In this document: positions 1 through 6,711 of the stretch, in pieces
Numbering within the stretch: the first letter of the stretch is position 1
Layout: every line of letters starts with the position of its first letter
Assembly (NCBI GenBank): GCA_965228855.1
Contig: CBDDIJ010000002.1
Span: 1,120,001 to 1,184,000 of the forward strand
Reading direction: 5' to 3'
DNA from: Candidatus Obscuribacterales bacterium
GTDB lineage: Bacteria > Cyanobacteriota > Vampirovibrionia > Obscuribacterales > Obscuribacteraceae
Length of the DNA stretch: 64,000 nucleotides
Notes under the pieces: model-generated
Database searches by the model: none
What the model was told of the DNA's origin: nothing
Seen by the model: only the letters and a program-made list of their open reading frames with translations
Made by a program: the position numbers and the translations under genes

Positions 1-2
1 GT

Positions 3-113
3 CTTCCAACAACGGCAGTTGAAAAATTGCGCTCAACAGACCGTCGTCTGCTGACCGCAATGCTCCAAGTAACGCGTAAGCTCGCGCTAGTTATTCCAGA
101 ACTCGTTGATTAA
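3..113 (+). CDS. Possible 3' end of a CDS entering from the left edge (LPTTAVEK...VIPELVD*)
   Basis: The only + frame open from the window start to TAA at 111-113; product cannot be assigned. Confidence 0.35.
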   Translation, partial: LPTTAVEKLRSTDRRLLTAMLQVTRKLALVIPELVD

Positions 114-456
114 AACTGGTTTGCAACGCGTTCAGCTCGCACAAGTCTGTCACCACCCGTGATACCGTCCCTGTCCGTGAAGGAAGGAGAAGTTTACTGA
201 AGTGATGAGGAGAGCAGGTGTTAGCTGGAATAATGCCTTGTTTTAGGTGGCTAGAGAAATGTATCTCGACCGTACTCTTATAGCTTTGGCTAAGCAAGAA
301 ATGAGTCGATGGACTATATCTTCTGAGATTAGATCTCTTCGTATTTCCCCTACTCGCCCGCGCGCGCGTAATAGCGCGGTTCGCGAGAGCAGATTGACTA
401 CTAAACCGACTAGCTACTAGATAGTATAAAAAGTCTATGTGACGGCGAGCGGCGTT

Positions 457-648
457 CGGCAAGGCATTCCGGATCGACGCTTGGCTTAAGGTCTGTTTTG
501 GCTACGGCTCGTAGACGCTTTTTCGAAAATCCGGCATCGTGGCGTAGACAAGCGGGGTTTCTCTCAGCCCTGGCGAGATGGTGAATTGCTCGAAAGTCTG
601 TCTGGGAGCGGGCTGTGCTCCCAAGAAGACTACGGAAAAATATAGTAG
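457..648. repeat. ~190-bp non-coding repeat, copy 1 (uninterrupted; holds an empty IS110 target-like site, core AG at 546-547)
   Basis: 457-547 is near identical to 674-765 (one indel, one substitution). 548-648 aligns colinearly but more loosely with 2022-2121. Confidence 0.85.
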
Positions 649-778
649 GCATGGAGTGGTGGCGGCGCTTGTCCGGCAAGGCATTCCCGGATCGACGCTT
701 GGCTTGAGGTCTGTTTTGGCTACGGCTCGTAGACGCTTTTTCGAAAATCCGGCATCGTGGCGTAGATAGTGTGTTAGG

Positions 779-784
779 TGTCAA
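779..784 (-). promoter_or_regulatory. Outward-facing -35 box (TTGACA) at the IS right end; half of a circle-junction promoter
   Basis: Perfect TTGACA overlapping the transposase stop codon. After circularisation it lies 17 nt from TACGTT (2012-2017). Confidence 0.8.
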
Positions 785-1743
785 GCCAGAGTGCTGTTAA
801 ACCTGGAATCGAATGGTTGTTTCGAGCGATATACAGCGACCATCATACGGAGAAGTTTGCGTGAGGCGGCACAAACAATTACTTTTCTGTTTTTTCCCTT
901 TGCTGCCAGTCGTTTAGCGAATTCAGCCACTGGCGGATTAAACCGAGTGGCGGTAAGGGCGGCCATGTACAACATGCTGCGGATCACTGGATTTCCCATC
1001 TTCGAAATTCTGGAACGTCCTCGGACTGAAGAACCGGACTCACGGATCATGGGATTCAGACCACAGAATGCTTCGATCTGGCGCAAGCTCGTAAACGAGT
1101 CCATCATCGACAGTTCTGAGAGAAACGTGAATGCTGTTCTCCAGCCGACGCCCTTAATCGTCTGGAGTAATTTAGCGTTGCTTTTCAAAGCAGGATTCTC
1201 GGAGACCAGCGTCTTCGCCAGCTTTTCCAGTGTTTGAATTTCGTTGGTAATGAACTTCAACATACGCATCTGAGAGTCTAAAGCGCGCTGGTCCAGGCGT
1301 CCCGATTTCATTCGATTTGTGACTTGGGTTTTGGTTTTCTTTAGCGCAGCGAGCTCTCTACAAATGTCTCTCAGGGAGCGAATGTCAGGATCCATCGGAG
1401 ACCAAGGAAGGGGCTCCATTTTAAAACAAAAGTCGGCGATGATTTCCGCATCGATTGCGTCGGTTTTTGAACGTCTAAATTGGCTCTTGCCGAAGGCGTG
1501 TATCAGCGCTGGATTTACCACGCTGACTCGATAGCCAAGTTTGTGTAGAAACTCCGCAAGGGGCTCCCAGAGCTTCCCCGTAGCTTCCATGCAAAAGTGA
1601 ACATCCTTACCGGATGCTTGAATCCATTTGACTATTCTCTTGAACCCAGCTGGGTTATTGCTGACGTGCAGCTTCGAATTCTTCCTGTCCTGGCGATGGC
1701 AGTCTAACGTCTCCTTCGATACGTCGATTCCAACAAAGATCAT
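781..1743 (-). CDS. IS110 family DEDD recombinase/transposase (bridge recombinase)
   Basis: 320 aa. RuvC-like DEDD motifs VGIDVSK, MEATG, KTDAIDA; Tnp domain GLNP..RESGSS (catalytic Ser) and SKMGN; RBS AGGAGG/AGGAG upstream. Confidence 0.96.
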   Translation of the reverse strand: MIFVGIDVSKETLDCHRQDRKNSKLHVSNNPAGFKRIVKWIQASGKDVHFCMEATGKLWEPLAEFLHKLGYRVSVVNPALIHAFGKSQFRRSKTDAIDAEIIADFCFKMEPLPWSPMDPDIRSLRDICRELAALKKTKTQVTNRMKSGRLDQRALDSQMRMLKFITNEIQTLEKLAKTLVSENPALKSNAKLLQTIKGVGWRTAFTFLSELSMMDSFTSLRQIEAFCGLNPMIRESGSSVRGRSRISKMGNPVIRSMLYMAALTATRFNPPVAEFAKRLAAKGKNRKVIVCAASRKLLRMMVAVYRSKQPFDSRFNSTLA

Positions 1744-1769
1744 TGCTCCTACCTCCTGTTGCTGGTTCG

Positions 1770-2005
1770 CTTGGACGCGGATAGAATCTTGTCAGGGCGA
1801 GCCTTGTTTACACGTGCTAAATCGGTCAGGATTTGCTGTAGATAGTGTTCAGCCTTAGAGGACAAGACAGGAGCGGAAGTCCGAAATCTACGCCTCTGAC
1901 TTTCTAGCCGGAGACAAAATACTGGTTTCTTCCGCTCCTCTATCCTCGCGTCCTCGGATAGCCTTGCCGACTGCACGCTCCTGGTCAACAGCAACGTACC
2001 AGTCA
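1770..2005 (-). ncRNA. Predicted bridge RNA (5' hairpin, target-binding loop, donor-binding loop); ends approximate
   Basis: 11-bp stem 1869-1879/1929-1939 encloses TTTGTCT (1912-1918) and GGCGTAG (1888-1894), matching the target. 7-bp stem 1787-1793/1861-1867 encloses ACACTATCT (1840-1848) and ACAAG (1803-1807), matching the donor junction. Confidence 0.85.
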
Positions 2006-2011
2006 ACATCT

Positions 2012-2017
2012 AACGTA
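2012..2017 (-). promoter_or_regulatory. -10 box (TACGTT) at the IS left end; half of a circle-junction promoter
   Basis: The junction reads TTGACA-cctaacacactatcttg (17 nt)-TACGTT, directly upstream of the predicted bridge RNA. Confidence 0.75.
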
Positions 2018-2183
2018 CAAGACAAACGGAGCGTCCTAGGTCTGGACGGGATGATGAATCGCTGGAAAGTCTCTCTGTGACAGGGTCTTGGTTTCGATGG
2101 CAGTACGAAGGAATATAGTAGTGGTTCTCTTAGGGGGTTTTGGTGGGGAAGGTGGAATAAGGTGTTGGGACCTCGAAACTTGA

Positions 2184-3476
2184 TTGGAAACCTTGATGAC
2201 GCACAGTGAATTTGCCGAAAGGACCACGCAGCCGATCTACAAACGGCCGCGGGTGCTCATCGCCGATTGCTCCGAAGAGTTGCGCAACTCGATTGTGGGC
2301 TGGCAAAACGAATTGCTCTGCGAGATGTTTATCTGCGACGATCCGGACAGCTCGCTGATGATGGCTGCCGGAAAGAAATTCGAGGCGATCATCATCGGGG
2401 TGGAGGCGGGCGGCGAGGAGCGCGCCCTCAATCTGGCGAGCAAGCTGCATCAGCTTCCGGACAAGAAAAACGTTCCGGTCGCGTTTCTCTTGAGCGACAA
2501 AAGTTCCGAGTCGATTATCGAGAAGGCGCAGCCCAGGTGCTTCGTATGCTTCGAGCAGCCGGAAGACTTCGAGGCGATGGCGAAGATCTCGAATCGTTTG
2601 ATGATTTTCGAGCATTACAACGCGCTGGTGGTTTCATCGGTAGCGCCGGTCACGGCAAAGCTTTCCGGTGCGCTCAAAGATGCGAGCATCAACGCCCGCT
2701 GTTCCTTGCACCCGCACAGATATCTTGAATTTCTCTACGATTTCGAGCCCGAAGTGTTTCTGATCGATGCTGAACTCAAATCGCCAACGCCTGTCGAAAT
2801 CTGCGAGAAGCTTCATCGCTCGAAGAGATGGAATTCGATGGCGGTAATTCTGTTCAGTTCATCAGGTCGAGAGATTGAAACCGAAACGCTTGATCGCTGT
2901 CAGGCAGCGGCGTCGATAGACCTGACCGACGTCGAGAAAACTGGTGCGATCGTCAAAGGCATCGCTCGCGATGTTCGCGAAAAAGCGCAGAAAGGCACTG
3001 AAAATGACTATCTCACCGGACTGCCGTTGTCCAATCAACTGTACGAGAAATATGTTCCGTTGATGGCAGAATCCAAGGGAAGCCCATTAACACTTACTCT
3101 TGCGTTGATTGACATAAAACAGCTGAAGGATGTAAACGACAGCGCCGGTCACGTTGTCGGCGACAGGGTGCTGACTGCCGTAAGCAATTTCTTGATGCAG
3201 CGCGTCGATGGAACACCCGCGATGATTTGTCGATGGGACGAGGATGAATTCGTTGTTGTGCTCAAAGCCACTACTGAAGCTGCGAAATCGTTGATCAAAA
3301 ATGCGATTCTCGATTTTAGTTTGATCAAAATCCCGTCCTACGATCAGCCCGTGAGGCTGCGTGCAGGTGTTTCATCCTTCCCGGATGATGCGGCTTCACT
3401 TGACGCCCTTCTCGACCTGGCGGCATGGCGATTGCATACCGCCAAGAAAGAACCCGATGGGGTGTGCTTCAAGTAA
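2184..3476 (+). CDS. Receiver-like domains plus degenerate GGDEF domain protein
   Basis: Two REC-like segments; DYLTGL, IDIKQLKDVNDSAGHVVGD; active-site loop RWDEDEF. Start may be ATG 2196. Confidence 0.85.
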   Translation: METLMTHSEFAERTTQPIYKRPRVLIADCSEELRNSIVGWQNELLCEMFICDDPDSSLMMAAGKKFEAIIIGVEAGGEERALNLASKLHQLPDKKNVPVAFLLSDKSSESIIEKAQPRCFVCFEQPEDFEAMAKISNRLMIFEHYNALVVSSVAPVTAKLSGALKDASINARCSLHPHRYLEFLYDFEPEVFLIDAELKSPTPVEICEKLHRSKRWNSMAVILFSSSGREIETETLDRCQAAASIDLTDVEKTGAIVKGIARDVREKAQKGTENDYLTGLPLSNQLYEKYVPLMAESKGSPLTLTLALIDIKQLKDVNDSAGHVVGDRVLTAVSNFLMQRVDGTPAMICRWDEDEFVVVLKATTEAAKSLIKNAILDFSLIKIPSYDQPVRLRAGVSSFPDDAASLDALLDLAAWRLHTAKKEPDGVCFK

Positions 3477-3519
3477 GTAACTGACTTAGCGAGGCTATCG
3501 AGAGCTTCGCTAGCGAGGA

Positions 3520-4104
3520 CTATTTGTCGCTGGGCGGCCGCATCACGGATACGAACTTACTGGACCACTGTTCGCGTCCTTCGAAGTTTTTGGTTCGGAA
3601 GTTGTGAGAGTAGATTTTTCCGTCCTCTCCGACGATTCCAACGTTTCGTCCCGGCCGGCGGTCGGTGTTTGTGAAAATGATATCGCCGGGTTTGGCCTGC
3701 TCGGCGGATGTGATGTCGACTTTTTCCCAGCCTGCCTTCTCGAGTTGGTTCGCCAGATTCTCCACGTTCATCGTGGGGGCAATTTCGGCACCACTTGCTT
3801 TCAGCAGCGAACTGACCGCAGTGGCAGAAGATAAGCCATTATCCGAGCGAACACCAAGATTTTGACCATCAAACAGTTGCGCTGCCTTGGCGACGGTCGC
3901 CGGAACGCCTGCCTGATCCATCGAGGGCATCATGCCATTGCCCAACATCTGTTCGTTTATCGAGCCCAGCCTGGAGCTTAAATCGGCAGATCCAGCTTTA
4001 GTTGCTTCCTGATTGTCAACTGAAAGTCGTTGCCCGCTTTCAGGCGTTTTTTCAATAACAGGAATTTCAGCTGCTTTGTCGCTGTTACTGTTTCTCTCGG
4101 TCAT
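3520..4104 (-). CDS. NlpC/P60 (papain-fold amidase)-like protein, probably catalytically inactive
   Basis: AKPGDIIF...GRNVGIVGEDGKIYSHN pattern; Ser at the expected Cys position (LSSATAVS) and Asn at the His position. Confidence 0.6.
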   Translation of the reverse strand: MTERNSNSDKAAEIPVIEKTPESGQRLSVDNQEATKAGSADLSSRLGSINEQMLGNGMMPSMDQAGVPATVAKAAQLFDGQNLGVRSDNGLSSATAVSSLLKASGAEIAPTMNVENLANQLEKAGWEKVDITSAEQAKPGDIIFTNTDRRPGRNVGIVGEDGKIYSHNFRTKNFEGREQWSSKFVSVMRPPSDK

Positions 4105-4302
4105 GGATTCAACCTCAAAATGCCTGCTCTATGACACTATGCCCAGGACCGGTCGGCTCGAACCCCTTGACTACTAGCCCTGAGTAGGAACCTGAGCAGT
4201 GGCGCAGAGCCACACCTCAGCTCAGAGCGAAACAGGAGCCATAGCAGACCCAGGAGCCAAAATCAGATCCAGATCCAGATCCAGAGCCGCGGAAACGGGC
4301 GC

Positions 4303-5172
4303 CTAACGACGCGGGAGAATGTACAGCGACATGTTCTTGTACTGCGGCTTTCCGTTTTCGTCGTAGAACTTCTCGTTTATGTTCTGGTCTACAACCGCGC
4401 CGGTGCGCCAGTTGTTGTGAATTACGCGAACTTCGCCGTTGCGTTTTTCGATGAAACCAATGTGATTTGAGCCATCGGAAACGTTTTTTGTCCCGGCGAT
4501 GAAACCGATCGGCCCATCAGGAAATTTGCTGATGTCGAAATCTCCGCTTAACGGAACTCGCCTGAAGCCGTGCTCTCCGAGCCATTGGCTGAGACCGGTG
4601 ACACTGATTTTGTAGTCGCGTTCGCGCATGAAGCCGGATTGCATCAGCCAGTCGCTCGATGTAGAAGCGCACTGAACGTTCTGTTCGATGACCATACCGG
4701 CAAATTCACTCGCGCCTTTCGGCACCCGATTGCCGAGCTTGGATTCGCCGACACTGTCGCGTGCCGCGCTCATCAACGCGTCCGCTGTTCCCCCGCTTCT
4801 GTTTGACGTGCGGCGGTCTGCGACCTGAATGAGTTCCGGCTGTCCATCGCCCTGGAGACTGAGATTGCCGAGTGACATCGACGCAACTTCGATAGGCGCA
4901 TTGTCCGACGGGCTTGTTCGCATTGATGCAGCCTGTACCAGATCTTTGCCGGATAAACTGCTGCCGTCACCGTTGACGAATGTTGGTGTCGACAACGAAT
5001 CTGCAATTTTCGAGTCAGGAGGCGCGCTACTGACGTCCGTGACCGACGCGCTACTAGTGTCGGTCGTCGTCGAGCTGGGTTGCGGTTTGTTCCAGGTCCC
5101 CTCCAGGAGCGCGCTTTGAACATCCGTGTTTTTGCCAGTTACGGCGTGAGCGTCGTGTGATTCTAGTCCCAT
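4303..5172 (-). CDS. Protein with low-complexity N-terminus and C-terminal NlpC/P60/CHAP-like Cys-His domain
   Basis: NVQCASTSSDWL...GSNHIGFIE...VIHNN. Start placed at ATG 5172 (MGLESHD) rather than the longest-ORF start 5322. Confidence 0.6.
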   Translation of the reverse strand: MGLESHDAHAVTGKNTDVQSALLEGTWNKPQPSSTTTDTSSASVTDVSSAPPDSKIADSLSTPTFVNGDGSSLSGKDLVQAASMRTSPSDNAPIEVASMSLGNLSLQGDGQPELIQVADRRTSNRSGGTADALMSAARDSVGESKLGNRVPKGASEFAGMVIEQNVQCASTSSDWLMQSGFMRERDYKISVTGLSQWLGEHGFRRVPLSGDFDISKFPDGPIGFIAGTKNVSDGSNHIGFIEKRNGEVRVIHNNWRTGAVVDQNINEKFYDENGKPQYKNMSLYILPRR

Positions 5173-5442
5173 GGGTTCTATAACTTCAGCGAGAAAGCGA
5201 GTGGTTTTAGTAAGTTTCTCTTTTATACGCCGCCAATGTGACGTGCGCGTGACCGATATCAATATGCCCGAAACGCCGCCAATCAAACTGCTACAGCGAT
5301 TGCAGACGTTCTCTCCCATCAAGTTTCAGTGGTCTCGGATAAATTGATCGTCCTACAGATGAAACAGACTGGGTAGAAAGATTCAAGGAAGTCACCGGCC
5401 GACACTTCAACAGGTCAGCAGTCAAACTTCGGCAGGAAAGAC

Positions 5443-6600
5443 ATGCAGTTAATTCGTAGCAGCTTGTTAATAGGAGTGGTATCGCATTCGGTGTTGCTGT
5501 TTTCTGCTGCGAACTTGCCCTGTCACGCCAACGCCACCTCGGCTGCACTCGTTAAACATGCCAACCAGCTGTGCTCTGCCAAGCGATACAAGGCGAGCGC
5601 TGATGAGTTGCGCCGCGCAGTAGCTGCCGATCCCAAAGACTATGACGCTCGCGTTGCTCTCGCGACCGTTCTAACAACACTCGGTGACAAAGATGGCGCT
5701 CTGGAGCACGCTACTGCAGCGATAAAAATGAGACCGGATCGAGTCGAAGGTTATAAGTGCAGAGCGGACATATATTTCAAAAAGAAGCAACCACAGATGG
5801 TGATTGATGACGCCACTAAGGCCATCAAGCTGGATTCCAAAGACCCGCATCTATACTTGCTCAGAGCAAGCGGCTACTTCTTTCTGACTGAGTTTGCAAA
5901 GGATAACGCGGACGATTCAAAACGTTCTCAAGCTGATTTAGATATGGCTTTAAAGCTAAATCCAAAATCTGCTCAGGCTCACTATTACAGGGGCTGCTGG
6001 TATGTGATGCAGAAAAACCTTCCACAAGCTATCGCGTGTTTTACAAAAGCCAACGAGCTGGACCCGAAGGATTCGGCGCCTTTGCGATATCGAAGCATGG
6101 CTTACAGTGCGACGAAGCAGTATGCGAAAGCCGCAAAGGATCTTGACCGCGTCATTGCGTTGAGCCCCAAGTCGGCCGAAGGCTGGCAGGCGAGAGCCGG
6201 TAACTATGAGCTTATGGGAGAATATCAGAAGGCATTTGACGATTACACTCAATCTTTAGCTCTTGCCAGCAAGAAGTTTAGAACTCGTTATTCCCGAGCG
6301 GCAGTGGCGATTAAGCTGAAACGGTTTCGCGATGCAATCGCAGATTATGATGCAATTCTTGCTGCAAATGCGCTTGATGACGAAGCTTTGAAACTGCGCG
6401 GTGATTGCTTTGTCAAGTTGAATGAATATAGCAAGGCTGTTGCTGACTACAATGAGGCGATCGATTTGTCCCCTGAGGCAGCTAGTTATTACGAGGCTCG
6501 CAGTCGGGTTCACAGCCTTCTGAGAAACGCGGGGGCTGCTAAGAAGGATGCCGAAAAGGCGAAGGCTTTGCGCTCAAGACCAGCGGAACTGAAAATCTAA
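5443..6600 (+). CDS. Exported TPR-repeat protein
   Basis: Signal-peptide-like N-terminus; many tandem TPRs (e.g. AHYYRG..AIACFTKANELDP). Confidence 0.9.
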   Translation: MQLIRSSLLIGVVSHSVLLFSAANLPCHANATSAALVKHANQLCSAKRYKASADELRRAVAADPKDYDARVALATVLTTLGDKDGALEHATAAIKMRPDRVEGYKCRADIYFKKKQPQMVIDDATKAIKLDSKDPHLYLLRASGYFFLTEFAKDNADDSKRSQADLDMALKLNPKSAQAHYYRGCWYVMQKNLPQAIACFTKANELDPKDSAPLRYRSMAYSATKQYAKAAKDLDRVIALSPKSAEGWQARAGNYELMGEYQKAFDDYTQSLALASKKFRTRYSRAAVAIKLKRFRDAIADYDAILAANALDDEALKLRGDCFVKLNEYSKAVADYNEAIDLSPEAASYYEARSRVHSLLRNAGAAKKDAEKAKALRSRPAELKI

Positions 6601-6711
6601 CGAGCTCTCGGTCGCCGACTCAGTTTCTCGATCTGTCACTGAATTTAAGAACATAAGATCAAACTGTTTGTGATCAGTCCCTATATACTGTGTGTGTAGA
6701 GCGGAATTACC

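Larger units (their letters stand above)
764..2021 (-). mobile_element. IS110-family (IS621-like) insertion sequence, complete, bounded by CT cores
   Basis: Minus-strand ends: left ...ccgtttgt-CT-tgtacgtt (core 2020-2021), right ttgacacctaacacactat-CT-acgcc (core 764-765). No terminal inverted repeats. Long non-coding left end, very short right end, and flanks that rejoin into an intact repeat copy. Confidence 0.93.
674..2121. repeat. ~190-bp non-coding repeat, copy 2, split by the IS110 element (674-765 + 2022-2121)
   Basis: Removing the IS gives ...ggcgtAGacaaacgg..., matching copy 1 ggcgtAGacaagcgg. Shared downstream blocks gatg(a/g)tgaat..gaaagtct and aatatagtag. Confidence 0.85.

Noticed and set aside
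259..430. 53-codon ORF with a cgcgcgcgcg run followed by an AT-rich tract (possible origin or phage remnant)
   Set aside because: No iterons, initiator gene or other support visible.
457..766. Direct repeats as a CRISPR array or IS target-site duplication
   Set aside because: Units are ~190 bp with only two copies and no cas genes. Both near-identical 91-bp parts lie on the same side of the IS, so they are not a target-site duplication.
91..784. ORFs 91..462, 410..784, 502..684, 578..769
   Set aside because: They overlap the non-coding repeats, the repeat indel breaks frame consistency, and none has protein-like motifs.
1749..2009. 86-aa ORF upstream of the transposase
   Set aside because: It coincides with the structured bridge-RNA region, whose sequence is explained by base pairing and guide matches.
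4262..4288. (CAGATC)n short tandem repeat between the NlpC/P60-like genes
   Set aside because: Only three to four units in an intergenic spacer; no evidence of function.
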